A stretch of DNA of 55,393 nt from Chloroflexi bacterium UBA6622 (GTDB lineage: Bacteria; Chloroflexota; UBA11872). Positions 11,265 to 21,791 of the stretch are shown here, one piece after another. The translations under genes were made by a program, and so were the position numbers. Position 1 is the stretch's first letter. Every line of letters starts with the position of its first letter. The notes under the pieces were generated by a model that worked only from the letters and a program-made list of their open reading frames with translations, did not search any database and was not told the origin of the DNA. Location of the stretch: assembly GCA_002433065.1 (NCBI GenBank), contig DJHK01000010.1, positions 10,796 to 66,188 on the forward strand. Direction: 5' to 3'.

Positions 11265-12725
11265 TTAGCCAGCTCGAAATTCCACCGGCGCCCGCGTGAA
11301 ATTAATCTGAGGTCCCACTTTACGAATGAGATCCTCCCCACCATTTTCAGCAATCAAACGCGCCTGATCCGCCTTAGCTGCTGCGTCAGTGACACCCGGA
11401 TCGCAGATGGCCTGCAAGGCCCGTTCAAAGAACTGAACCGTGCCGACATAACCGGGATCCTCCGCTAAGTTAATCAACTCGGTGGGATCGGACGAGAGAT
11501 CAAAAAGCTGCGGAAGATATCCCACATGATCGACAAACTTGAACTGCCGATCACGCAACATATAACTCGCTGACGACGATCCCATGGCGTGGTACTCAGA
11601 AAACACGAGGCGTTCATCTGGTTCGTGACCCGCCGCGATCGACCACAACTCAGAGCCAGGAAGATCATCGTCCTCGGCACATGCCCCGACTCCTGTCGCA
11701 GTGGTGATCGAGGGGAAAAGATCTACGAGCGAGACCGGACAGTCGGACACGCCAGCCGAAGGCACGTCTGGCCCTGACACAATCATCGGCACCGCCGAGG
11801 CGCTGTCATACATGACGCTTTTGCCCCAGAGGCCATAGTCTCCAAGGGTCTCGCCATGATCGCTGGTATAAACAACGCGGGTGGAGTCCGAAAGTCCGGA
11901 CGCCTCAAGCGCTTCGAGCACCTGGCCAATCTGCTCGTCTAGAAACGAGCACATAGCGTAATACGCCCGGCGAGCCACTCGGACCGCTTCCTCTGAACGC
12001 ATCTCGCTTACCGTCTGCACACGTAAACGCCGGAAATCATTCACGGCCGCATGCTGGGGCCATTCATCAGGCATCCCTGCAATAGGCATATCGATGTCCT
12101 CAAGGCGATATCGATCGATATGCCGCGAGGGCGCAATCAGAGGGAAATGCGGTGTCGTAAAGGATACGAAGAGGCACCACGGAGTCGTTCGGCCACCAGT
12201 TTCTTCATGTAACCACCGAACCGCCTCGCGTGCGATCGCTGTGTCATATCGCAAGTATTCGGAATCACCAGGCCCCGCCTCGTCGATGTGTTCCAGTTGG
12301 AAGCGGGTAGGTGCCATGTCGTGCCTGAGGCAACCGAAAAGGTCACCCTTTCCATCCATAACATGCATAGGTATCCGTTGATCGGGGAATCCGACATCAT
12401 CGGACGAATCGCGATAGTGCAATTTACCGATGGTCGTCACCGGAATCCCGCTGTTGGTTAGACAATGCCCCCAACTCCGAGAAGAAGAGCCTGTATATGG
12501 GGCAGCGTTGTCCCACGCACCGATCTGATGCACGTATCGACCTGTAGCGAAACTTGCCCGCGATGGCACACAGATGGGCGAATTACAGTAAGCCGCGCTG
12601 AACCTGACCCCGCGCTCAGCTAGGGCATCGAGGTGAGGCGTCTGGACAATCGAATGGCCGGACGAACCAAGCATTCGCGCGTTGTGCTCGTCTGACATAA
12701 GCACCAACATATTCGTGGGGTCCAC
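11265..12725 (-). CDS. Cys-type sulfatase (choline-sulfatase-like)
   Basis: SDEH, CVPSRAS (CxPxR), GKLH, PHFP, SDHGE and WGKS motifs. Confidence 0.94.
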   Translation of the reverse strand: MDPTNMLVLMSDEHNARMLGSSGHSIVQTPHLDALAERGVRFSAAYCNSPICVPSRASFATGRYVHQIGAWDNAAPYTGSSSRSWGHCLTNSGIPVTTIGKLHYRDSSDDVGFPDQRIPMHVMDGKGDLFGCLRHDMAPTRFQLEHIDEAGPGDSEYLRYDTAIAREAVRWLHEETGGRTTPWCLFVSFTTPHFPLIAPSRHIDRYRLEDIDMPIAGMPDEWPQHAAVNDFRRLRVQTVSEMRSEEAVRVARRAYYAMCSFLDEQIGQVLEALEASGLSDSTRVVYTSDHGETLGDYGLWGKSVMYDSASAVPMIVSGPDVPSAGVSDCPVSLVDLFPSITTATGVGACAEDDDLPGSELWSIAAGHEPDERLVFSEYHAMGSSSASYMLRDRQFKFVDHVGYLPQLFDLSSDPTELINLAEDPGYVGTVQFFERALQAICDPGVTDAAAKADQARLIAENGGEDLIRKVGPQINFTRAPVEFRAG

Positions 12726-12840
12726 TTCTACTCCTCACACGTGGCAGGTCCGATACGGTGTTCCGGTGCGTACTCGTCCCGCAGACCAACAGATGCCCTG
12801 GATTCCCAAAGGGATTTTGCGCCCAGTATTCTCAACCCGA

Positions 12841-13842
12841 TTACGCAGATTCGGCCTGAACCCGAGCCTTCAATGTCCACCGATGCGACTCAATAGTTTC
12901 TCGAGCCGTGATCAACTGAGGAGCTTCGCCAGAAATACCATGTGCAAAATCTCCAACCAACTCGGCCATCGCATCCGGTTGCCCCACCATCTCTTCCCGA
13001 ACGTTCGTTCGAGTCTCCACCGTACCGGCGGAGTTGATCGTCAGCCGACGTTCAGCTGCATCAACAATCTCAATACTCCCTTCAGTACCTTCGACAATTA
13101 GACGGCGATCCCCATGACTTGGGTCATCATCAGGCGTCAACCAGGAAGCACGACAGACCGCGACTGCACCATCAGCCATCCGCAGATAAACCGACGCGTA
13201 ATCGGCAAAATCGAGATCAGAAAATCTGGACGACCCTTCGTCCGCAACGACTGCTACTGGTTCAGTGCCATGGATCCACCTTGCAACGTCGATATCGTGT
13301 ATCGCCAGATCCAGCAAAACGCCCCCGTACTTTCCGCGGTTAAACATCCACTCCGGCCGGCGCGCGACACCCAGCTTGTGCGGCCCCTGAGCATACGATC
13401 CGATCACCTGCCCGATCTCTCCCCTATCGATAGCTGCCTTCGCCGCTACAAAGTGAGGCGTGAATCGAAGCGTCAGCGCACATGACAGCGTCGCCTTGCT
13501 CGACCGCGCCGCCGCTTCAACCTGATCCAGTTGATCCAAAGACACCACCATGGGTTTATCCGCCAGCACATGTACACCGGCCTCCAGCGCGTCAGCGATC
13601 ACCTCGACTCGTTCATTATTGATGGATGCCACCGCCACCGCGTCGACCGCATCAGCATCAAGCATCTCGCGGTGGCTGGTAAATGCCGGGATCTGAAGCT
13701 CGGTTTGTACCTGATGCCTCGTTTCCTCATCAGGCTCTGCAACCCCGACGAGTTCAAATCGTTCATCAGCACGAATGGCATGAGCAATTTCGAGCACATG
13801 CCAGTGCCTCGCTCCAAACACCGCAAACCGGATCGGGGTCAT
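12841..13842 (-). CDS. Gfo/Idh/MocA-family oxidoreductase
   Basis: N-terminal Rossmann segment, HVLADKP and GGVLLDLAIHDID. Confidence 0.9.
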   Translation of the reverse strand: MTPIRFAVFGARHWHVLEIAHAIRADERFELVGVAEPDEETRHQVQTELQIPAFTSHREMLDADAVDAVAVASINNERVEVIADALEAGVHVLADKPMVVSLDQLDQVEAAARSSKATLSCALTLRFTPHFVAAKAAIDRGEIGQVIGSYAQGPHKLGVARRPEWMFNRGKYGGVLLDLAIHDIDVARWIHGTEPVAVVADEGSSRFSDLDFADYASVYLRMADGAVAVCRASWLTPDDDPSHGDRRLIVEGTEGSIEIVDAAERRLTINSAGTVETRTNVREEMVGQPDAMAELVGDFAHGISGEAPQLITARETIESHRWTLKARVQAESA

Positions 13843-13962
13843 TTTGATTTCGCAATCAGGAACTAGTGAGATTATCCACAGGGTACCGTTATCCCAGAAT
13901 CCAGCCGACCTACCCAGGTACAGCGTGATACGTGCCTGCCATCGAGAAATATGAACCGAGCC

Positions 13963-14349
13963 CTAGAAACCCACGAATACTAGGCCCACCATACTCAGCA
14001 CGCAGATCGCCGCTCCCAAGCAGCCCAGACGCGAACGTCGCACCGGAATCAGACCAGCTTCGAAATGGCCAGGATATTGCTCTGCCAAATCCGAGGATGA
14101 CGCAATCGGCACCAGCTGTTCGTCGCCACCCGAATCCAATACGTAATACGCCACATGCGGCCGACGACCACCGTCAGTGATCGGACTGGATGTATCGAAA
14201 GCCCCTAGCGACCATCGAAGAAGCACAATCTTCTCGTCAAGCGTGGATCGACACACTAAAGCGATACGGCAAGAGTCAAACTGAGCGCGTAGAAACCGAG
14301 CTTCCGAATCAGTAAAGACCCCAGTCAACTCGACATCGCCAGCTTTCAT
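13963..14349 (-). CDS. Hypothetical protein with a C-terminal hydrophobic anchor
   Basis: ATG overlaps the tsaC stop by one base; hydrophobic tail LGCLGAAICVLSMVGLVFVGF. Confidence 0.6.
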   Translation of the reverse strand: MKAGDVELTGVFTDSEARFLRAQFDSCRIALVCRSTLDEKIVLLRWSLGAFDTSSPITDGGRRPHVAYYVLDSGGDEQLVPIASSSDLAEQYPGHFEAGLIPVRRSRLGCLGAAICVLSMVGLVFVGF

Positions 14350-14972
14350 TACACCTCGTCCGCCGCCACAAAAATATCTGGAACGAGGACACGTAGCTCG
14401 GGCATCGCAATCACCCCTTCACGAATCACGATCGGCGGCTTCTGGCTAAGATTAATGATCGTTGACGCTATGGCTGCGCCGACCGCAGTGTCCAATACGT
14501 AATCCACCGCATTACCGAGCATGTCTGCTGCCTCGCGGGCAGTCGCTGCCGGCGCCTGACCGGCAAGATTGGCACTGGTTCCAGTGATTGGAGCCTCCAC
14601 TACATCAATGATGCGCCGAACAATCTCACTGTCAGGTGCCCGTATACCGACCGTCGACCCGGGACCTAGAAGGCGTCGATCTACAGACCCTACTCCCGGA
14701 AGCACCAGCGTCAGTCCCCCAGGCCAGAACGCATCCGCTAATCGTCTCGCTTCATCCGTGAAAGCTGTGATTTCAGCGGCCTGAACCGCGTGCTTCACCA
14801 ACACCGGAACACCACGACCAGCTTCCCGACCTTTGATGGCAAGCACTCGACCTACAGCTTGTTGACAGCGAATATCTGCAACCAATCCGTACAAAGTATC
14901 GGTCGCGACAACTGCCACGCCCCCATCCGCAACAACTCGGGCGCATTCGGTTAGGTCCGTTCCAAACTCCAT
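14349..14972 (-). CDS. tsaC: L-threonylcarbamoyladenylate synthase (YrdC/Sua5 domain)
   Basis: TDTLYGL, KGR, FWPGGLTLV, VGIR.P and TSAN motifs. Confidence 0.93.
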   Translation of the reverse strand: MEFGTDLTECARVVADGGVAVVATDTLYGLVADIRCQQAVGRVLAIKGREAGRGVPVLVKHAVQAAEITAFTDEARRLADAFWPGGLTLVLPGVGSVDRRLLGPGSTVGIRAPDSEIVRRIIDVVEAPITGTSANLAGQAPAATAREAADMLGNAVDYVLDTAVGAAIASTIINLSQKPPIVIREGVIAMPELRVLVPDIFVAADEV

Positions 14973-14975
14973 GGG

Positions 14976-15812
14976 CTACGCCGTACCAGCGTCTATTCCA
15001 CCATCGAGCAGGCGATCAATCGCCTGGGCTACCCCATCATCTTCGTAGGTACCAGTGACCCAATCCGCTGCCGCAACCACCCGAGGGTCACCGTCGCTCA
15101 TGGCAACGCCAATTCCAGCAGCCTTAACGATGTCGAGATCATTGAGGTTGTCACCGATAGCCATAGTCGCTTCTATCGGCATACCGGCGGACCCGGCAAC
15201 CGCACGAAGCGCCCGGCCCTTATTGACGTCACGCCCGATAACCTCAGCAAACCGTGGATGAGAACGAGTGACCCGAACATCGTCATCAAGGTGCGCCTCA
15301 AGCGAATCAATCGTTTTGAGCACCTGATCTTCATCTGTGACAAAGACAAGTTTCGTTGTGCCCTCTGCGACAGCCGCCGTCAGATCATCCACAAAATTTA
15401 TGGGAACCTTTGAGGATGCCGCATAAAAACGGCCTTCTGGAGTGTCTGCCTCCATATACAGGCTGTCATCGAGATAGGCATTTACATGCAAACCAATGCC
15501 ACGAGCAAAAGCTATAGCAGCCACAGCCGAACCGTACGGGACCACATCGTGAACCGATATTTCATCGGTTAATGGATGCCGCACCATTGCACCCTGGTAA
15601 CAGATGATGGGGAGAGTAACGCCAAGATCCTCAGCAAACCGGCGCGCCGATCGATACATCCGGCCAGTCGCGATAGTTATTTGAATCCCCGCGTCCTGCG
15701 CATCACGAATCGACGCCCGAACTCGCGGCGTTACTCCGTTAGGCCCTTTGACCAGAGTGCCATCCAAATCCAAGGCAATCATCCCAATACCGGAAGCGTC
15801 ACTCATCCACAA
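14976..15812 (-). CDS. Cof-type HAD-IIB hydrolase
   Basis: DLDGTL, IATGR, NKG and IGDNLND motifs. Confidence 0.93.
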   Translation of the reverse strand: MWMSDASGIGMIALDLDGTLVKGPNGVTPRVRASIRDAQDAGIQITIATGRMYRSARRFAEDLGVTLPIICYQGAMVRHPLTDEISVHDVVPYGSAVAAIAFARGIGLHVNAYLDDSLYMEADTPEGRFYAASSKVPINFVDDLTAAVAEGTTKLVFVTDEDQVLKTIDSLEAHLDDDVRVTRSHPRFAEVIGRDVNKGRALRAVAGSAGMPIEATMAIGDNLNDLDIVKAAGIGVAMSDGDPRVVAAADWVTGTYEDDGVAQAIDRLLDGGIDAGTA

Positions 15813-16015
15813 ACTCCTATCAACACGTCTCTATTCGGTATGCCGCACCGCGCACAGCCGAAAACAGGAAGCCGTACAGATCGACAAATTAGCTCAGGCT
15901 GCTTCGTAGGCCCGTATACTCTCGTTCTATGCGTTGCAGCGTTGCTTCGCTTGCGCGCCAGCTGGTTGTGCAAGCCACCATCAATCACATTGTGGCTTAC
16001 CACAAGGAGCTCTGA

Positions 16016-17338
16016 GTGCGCTCGCGCCGTTGGCTGACTTTGGGGATTGGCGTCAAGCGTTATCTCCTACTGATATTTCTTGGCACCGTCATTCTGGCGC
16101 TCGCACTGGCCATGTTCCTAGCCTTTGTGTATCGCACGATCGATGTGCCGGGACCCGCTGGAACTATCGTCTATTTCATCACCCTGCAATTTCTTGATCA
16201 TCCCGTACGTGAAATCACAGTCGGCGTATTGGGCTTGCTTGCCGTAATTGTCGGTGCCACGCTTCTCGGTCGAACCGTTCTTTCAGTCATGGTAGATCCT
16301 GACGACGATCTCGCCGAAGCTTTGTATCAAAATAGACGGCTTCAGAGTGGTCCTCGTGTAGTAGCCATAGGCGGAGGAACCGGACTCGGTGTGCTGCTAC
16401 GAGGCCTAAAAAAACATACCAATAACATTACGGCGGTAGTGACTGTTGCAGACGACGGGGGAAGCTCAGGCAAGCTCCGTGAGGACTTCAACTTGCTGCC
16501 ACCCGGGGACGTGCGACAGTGCCTGACAGCCCTTGCTGACTCAGAGTCGCTCATGCACGACATCATGGAATACCGATTCACACGGGGCCAGGGCCTCCAA
16601 GGACATAGCCTTGGAAATCTATTGATCGCAGCTATGGCCGACCTCAACGACGGAAACTTCGAACGTGGAGTCAACGCGATCAGCGAAGTGCTGCGCGTGC
16701 GGGGCCGAATTCTTCCGTCGACCCTTTCACAGGTAAAGCTGGCCGCGGAAATGACCGACGGGTCTATCGTACGCGGCGAATCCCGCATCCGCTCTGCTGG
16801 TAAGCCCATTGAACGCGTATTCATTGAACCGCGACATGCATCAGCTAACGGCGAAGCCATTAAGGAAATTCTTTCCGCAGACATCATCATCCTGGGTCCA
16901 GGAAGTGTATTTACCAGCGTCATTCCAAACCTGCTGGTACCAGATGTGGCAACAGCTGTTAGGGCATCTGGAGCGCTAAAAATATATGTGTGCAACGTCG
17001 CTACTGAGCCTGGCGAAACAGACGGCTACGATCCGTCAGACCATGTACGTTCTGTCACCCAGCATGTCGGATCTGGCCTGTTTCAGTACACCCTTGCAAA
17101 CAGCAACACGCGGGTTGGATTACAGACGTCGGGCGGAGCCCGGATGGTCGAGTTTGATCCATCTGTCCAACTGGAATTGCTAGATGCAGGCGTTCAGCCG
17201 GTAATGGCTGATGTTGTGGACTCCAAAGACTCGCGCCACCACGATCCCGACATGCTGGCCTCGGCCATCATGAACATGCACGACCAAGTTTCGAAGGGGG
17301 AACCACCCATTCCCATCGCGATTGGTGCATCCCGCTAA
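16016..17338 (+). CDS. yvcK: YvcK/GlmR (UPF0052) protein with N-terminal transmembrane segments
   Basis: GGGTGL, VTVADDGGSSG, PPGD, GHSLGNL and LGPGSVFTS; AGGAG just upstream of the GTG. Confidence 0.92.
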   Translation: MRSRRWLTLGIGVKRYLLLIFLGTVILALALAMFLAFVYRTIDVPGPAGTIVYFITLQFLDHPVREITVGVLGLLAVIVGATLLGRTVLSVMVDPDDDLAEALYQNRRLQSGPRVVAIGGGTGLGVLLRGLKKHTNNITAVVTVADDGGSSGKLREDFNLLPPGDVRQCLTALADSESLMHDIMEYRFTRGQGLQGHSLGNLLIAAMADLNDGNFERGVNAISEVLRVRGRILPSTLSQVKLAAEMTDGSIVRGESRIRSAGKPIERVFIEPRHASANGEAIKEILSADIIILGPGSVFTSVIPNLLVPDVATAVRASGALKIYVCNVATEPGETDGYDPSDHVRSVTQHVGSGLFQYTLANSNTRVGLQTSGGARMVEFDPSVQLELLDAGVQPVMADVVDSKDSRHHDPDMLASAIMNMHDQVSKGEPPIPIAIGASR

Positions 17339-17425
17339 TCCTAGACGACATTGGGAAACGCGTGATCGCGCGCCAAGGTTGCCTGTATAACCGCATGACG
17401 AGCAGATTAGGACCCTTCCAAACCC

Positions 17426-18460
17426 TTAGCTTGTCCGACCAACCATATAAAGCTCGACCTCTTCAAGGTTTTGCCGACCCCATTCGCTAATCGGTAGTTG
17501 CGCCACAGTTGCCGAAGCCTTTTGCAGATACGTTCTCATGTATTCCTCCGAAAATGCATAGGATCCAGCCCGGTCAAGAATCGCACTCACCGCAACCGGA
17601 TCGGGGGCCTCAGCCTCGTTAGAATAGAGAGCAGACAATCGACCACGGTCCCGACCAGTCGCCTTCTCAAACGCATGAATAATGGGAAGCGTTTTCTTCC
17701 GTTTTCGAATATCCGCACCAACCGGTTTTCCAGTCAAAGCGGGATCCCCCCAAATTCCCAGCATGTCATCGCGGATCTGAAAAGCTGTACCAAGCAAGGA
17801 CCCGTATGTGTCACAAACCATACGCACCTCAGGTGCATTCCCAGAAAAAATAGCCGCTATCTCGAACGCAACAGAAATCAGAGCAGCCGACTTTCGCTCA
17901 ATCATGCCGACATACTGATCAACCGTGACTGATGGCCTCGATTCAAAATCGAGATCAAGATGCTGCCCCTCTGTCACCAGACGACAGCCTCGCGCCATAA
18001 CTTCGGCAGCATCCCGACATAGTTCAGCATCCTCACCGTCTAGATTACTGCCGAGTACATGCAACATTGCCAACACATGTAAGAGGTCACCGGCGTCGAT
18101 AGCTTGGGCCTGCCCCCATATCGACCAGACGGTCGGTCGATGTCGGCGCATCTCATCACCATCCATAACGTCATCATGGATAAGGCTGAAATTGTGAAGG
18201 AGTTCGAGCCCAGCCGCCGACGGGGCAGCTCGATCAATGGTGCCACCCAATGCCTCACACATCAGCAAACACAACGTAGGACGAATGGCTTTTCCACGAT
18301 CCGCGTTTACTTCCTCGCCTGTCGCGTCCACCCAACCCAACTGGTAGTGAATCATCGTATACAGGGACAAATCAGGTCCACGGGTTGCCCGCAACAATTC
18401 CTGATCGATTTGTTCCCGATATCGAGAAAAAATAGCCGGCACCGATGTCTTAGGCACCAC
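17426..18460 (-). CDS. Polyprenyl (geranylgeranyl) diphosphate synthase
   Basis: GKAIRP, LIHDDVMDGD..RR (first Asp-rich motif), GQHLD, FQIRDD and KKTLP. Confidence 0.94.
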   Translation of the reverse strand: MVPKTSVPAIFSRYREQIDQELLRATRGPDLSLYTMIHYQLGWVDATGEEVNADRGKAIRPTLCLLMCEALGGTIDRAAPSAAGLELLHNFSLIHDDVMDGDEMRRHRPTVWSIWGQAQAIDAGDLLHVLAMLHVLGSNLDGEDAELCRDAAEVMARGCRLVTEGQHLDLDFESRPSVTVDQYVGMIERKSAALISVAFEIAAIFSGNAPEVRMVCDTYGSLLGTAFQIRDDMLGIWGDPALTGKPVGADIRKRKKTLPIIHAFEKATGRDRGRLSALYSNEAEAPDPVAVSAILDRAGSYAFSEEYMRTYLQKASATVAQLPISEWGRQNLEEVELYMVGRTS

Positions 18461-18480
18461 CTGCGCGTCGGAACGTTCCG

Positions 18481-20352
18481 TTACGTTCGCACCATGAGGC
18501 GTCCAGCGTCCACATGGACGTTGACAGTGAAATCAGTAAGTTCACACGCTGCATCAATGATTCCGGAAACGCTAAGACCGTGCTCCGAACGCAGGCTATC
18601 CGCAGGACCCTGACCTAAAAACTGATCAGGCAACGCAATTCGACGAACCTGCACGTCACGCAGATCATTATCAGCGAGCAGCTCTACGACCGCACTGCCA
18701 AACCCTCCCATGCGGTTGTGATCTTCAATCGTGACGATCCGATGTGTTCGAGCCGCCAACTCACAGATCATTTCACTGTCCAACGGTTTCACATACCGTG
18801 CGTTCAAAACTGCAGCCTGCACCCCAAGCGCTGACAGTTCCTCGGCCGCTCGCATCGCCGGCACTGTGCCCCAACCAATCCCCAAAAGTGCCACGTCAGA
18901 TCCATCACGAAGCAGTTCGCCGCGACCGATCGGCAGTCGAGATAACGGCTCATCGGTAGCAACACCTACACCTAGACCACGAGAGTACCGAATTGCAAAG
19001 GGTGCCTCCGCTGCTAGCCCTGTGTACAACATGTGCTGAAGCTCGGCCTCATCCTTTGGCGCGGCTACAACCATGTTCGGTATCGCTCGCAAGTACGCCA
19101 GATCCAATACTCCGTGATGCGTGCGGCCGTCGTCACCTACCACCCCAGCACGATCAACACCAAGTACAACCGGGAGCCGCTGAATCGCCACGTCATGCAC
19201 AATTTGATCGAACGCGCGCTGCAGGAACGTGCTGTAAATACATACGACCGGCCGCATGCCCTGGGTAGCAAATCCAGCTGCCAACGCAACTCCATGACCC
19301 TCAGCAATACCTACATCAAAAACCCGACCAGGGAGCTCTCGCTCCATCTCTGCCAAGGCCGTGCCTTCCATCATGGCCGCACTGACCGCAACAATCCGAT
19401 CATCGTCCCGTGCGAGTTTCGTCAATGTCCGGGCCATAATCTTGCTGTAACTGGTGGCATTCGCTGCACCGACAGCTTTAGCAGTACCTGGCTGATGCCA
19501 TGTGACGGGATCAGACTCAGCAGCTTGAAACCCTTTTCCCTTATGCGTAAACACGTGAACAAGTACGGGGCGACGGCGTTCGATCGCACGTTGAAACGCC
19601 CCCTCAAGCATCGACCGATCATGGCCGTCAACAGGTCCTTCATACTCAAAACCAAAAGCCGCACAAAACTCTGAAGGGCCGGCAAACGGTTCTGTAGTAT
19701 CAATCGCGGCTTGCGTGTCTGTGAATCGCTCCAGCACCTTAGGGTCACTCGGTACCCACGAAGGTCGTCCGCTACGCAAGTTTCGGCCGAGCGCTCCAAC
19801 GTTCGGAGAAATCGACATGCCGTTGTCATTCAGAACCACAACATACGGCAAGCCTAAGTCGCCAGCTTGATTCATCGCTTCAAACACCACACCGGAAGTA
19901 AATGAGCCATCGCCAATTACCGTAACGGTTGATGACTCTAGGCCACGTAAGCGGTTGGCCAACGCAATACCCACTCCGGCAGATACCCCGGTCCCGGCGT
20001 GGCCGGCACCCATAACGTCATGAGGGCTTTCTTCCCGAGCCGCAAATCCCGACAGTCCATCCGGCTGGCGCAAACTTGCAAAGGTCCCTGCCCGGCCAGT
20101 CACAAGTTTGTGCGCGTACGACTGATTACTGGTATCCCAGACAATCTTATCTTTCGGGCTATCGAGAACCCGGTGCAAGGCAAGAGTTATCTCGACAACT
20201 CCAAGATTGCTAGCCATGTGGCCACCGTTGGCATTGACCGTATCTATGATGAGCTGACGAATCTCGTCAGCAAGTGCGTCAAGTTCAGTCGCGGTCAACT
20301 CGCGAAGATCAGCAGGTGTGTTTATCCGGTCAAGCACACAGCTCACCGCCAA
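18481..20352 (-). CDS. dxs: 1-deoxy-D-xylulose-5-phosphate synthase
   Basis: GGHMASNLGVVE, GDG...LNDN TPP motif, DVGIAE, YSTFLQRAFDQ and DRAG..G.DG.TH. Confidence 0.96.
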   Translation of the reverse strand: MAVSCVLDRINTPADLRELTATELDALADEIRQLIIDTVNANGGHMASNLGVVEITLALHRVLDSPKDKIVWDTSNQSYAHKLVTGRAGTFASLRQPDGLSGFAAREESPHDVMGAGHAGTGVSAGVGIALANRLRGLESSTVTVIGDGSFTSGVVFEAMNQAGDLGLPYVVVLNDNGMSISPNVGALGRNLRSGRPSWVPSDPKVLERFTDTQAAIDTTEPFAGPSEFCAAFGFEYEGPVDGHDRSMLEGAFQRAIERRRPVLVHVFTHKGKGFQAAESDPVTWHQPGTAKAVGAANATSYSKIMARTLTKLARDDDRIVAVSAAMMEGTALAEMERELPGRVFDVGIAEGHGVALAAGFATQGMRPVVCIYSTFLQRAFDQIVHDVAIQRLPVVLGVDRAGVVGDDGRTHHGVLDLAYLRAIPNMVVAAPKDEAELQHMLYTGLAAEAPFAIRYSRGLGVGVATDEPLSRLPIGRGELLRDGSDVALLGIGWGTVPAMRAAEELSALGVQAAVLNARYVKPLDSEMICELAARTHRIVTIEDHNRMGGFGSAVVELLADNDLRDVQVRRIALPDQFLGQGPADSLRSEHGLSVSGIIDAACELTDFTVNVHVDAGRLMVRT

Positions 20353-20759
20353 CCCTCCCTACAACATCGTTTTGGACACCTACTATCCACTGATGGTGCC
20401 GTGTTATCTACATTTCGCGCAATATTTACCAGTTGTCCGACAAACATAGACCCAAGGAAACACATCAAACGATCTCGGCCTCCCACGCCAAGCTGAAACT
20501 CAATAACTTAGCCGTCACATCAACTGTCAAACAGCAATGAATCCACTTCCGAATACCCCAGAGACACAAGTTTGCAAACGCGGTCTTGTTCTATTGCGTA
20601 ACATCAGAGCATACGTGTACCGCCGGAGGCCGATTAGTCCGGTCGATATGAGTGCAGAGCTGACAACCCAAACTAGTGGCTGTGCATGCGTCAAACCGAT
20701 GCGAGCTGTCAACGGTGCCTGACAGACGACAGCTATCCAGCTGACAGGGGACATAGCAC

Positions 20760-21779
20760 ATGCGAATTGCAATTAACGGTTTCGGACGAATAGGCCGCCT
20801 TGCTCTTAGAGCCATGCTTGACCGGCACCCGACAATAAAAGTTGTAGGCATCAATGATCTTGCTGATCAGCCCGCGGCACTACATCTCCTGCGATATGAC
20901 AGCAATTACGGACCGTTAAACCATGCTGTCGAAGCAACCGATAACGGCCTAACCATAAACGGGGATGAGATCCAGTACATGTCATCTCGAGAATGGGACA
21001 CTTTGCCCTGGGGTGATCTTGGCGTCGATGTTGTGATCGAAGCTACGGGCGCCGGAACCTCTCGAGATCGAGCGGAGGCTCATCTCACCGCCGGTGCTGA
21101 ACGAGTATTAATTTCAGCGCCTGCCACGGATGTCGATCTCACCGTTGTCCTTGGTGTAAACACGAACGAGTTTGATGCCTCACAACACCGGATTGTGAGT
21201 AACGCCTCCTGTACGACTAATGGGCTGGCTCCACCGCTGGAGGTAATCCATCGAGAATTCGGAATCGAAAAAGGTCTAATGACAACAGTTCACGCATACA
21301 CCTCCTCCCAGGCCCTTGTCGATGATTCTCGCCCGGACCTCCGTGAGTCCCGAGCCAGCGCACTAAGTATCGTGCCTGCAAGCACAGGAGCTGCTCGAGC
21401 AATTAGTCACGTCATTCCAGATCTAGCAGGCAAGATGCACGGAGCAGCCTACCGAGTCCCGGTCCCTACCGTATCCATTGTTGAGTTCGTTGCAGTACTT
21501 GCGCAGGCGACCAATGCAGAAGCCATTAACAATGCTCTCCGAACTTCCGCAGATGGACGGATGAAGGGCATCCTCGGCGTATCCGAGGAGCCCCTGGTAT
21601 CCATGGATCTTCGTGGCGACACACGATCATCGATCATCGATAGCGCCTCGACGATGGTTATCGGGGACAACCTGACAAAAGTTGCTGCCTGGTATGACAA
21701 CGAATGGGCCTACGCGTGTCGGATCGGTGACGTTACAGCCCTCATAGGATCCAACGTCGACCCGTCCACACAGATCTGA
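20760..21779 (+). CDS. gap: Type I glyceraldehyde-3-phosphate dehydrogenase
   Basis: INGFGRIGR, SNASCTTN and WYDNEW. Confidence 0.98.
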   Translation: MRIAINGFGRIGRLALRAMLDRHPTIKVVGINDLADQPAALHLLRYDSNYGPLNHAVEATDNGLTINGDEIQYMSSREWDTLPWGDLGVDVVIEATGAGTSRDRAEAHLTAGAERVLISAPATDVDLTVVLGVNTNEFDASQHRIVSNASCTTNGLAPPLEVIHREFGIEKGLMTTVHAYTSSQALVDDSRPDLRESRASALSIVPASTGAARAISHVIPDLAGKMHGAAYRVPVPTVSIVEFVAVLAQATNAEAINNALRTSADGRMKGILGVSEEPLVSMDLRGDTRSSIIDSASTMVIGDNLTKVAAWYDNEWAYACRIGDVTALIGSNVDPSTQI

Positions 21780-21791
21780 CACTCGTTCCCA

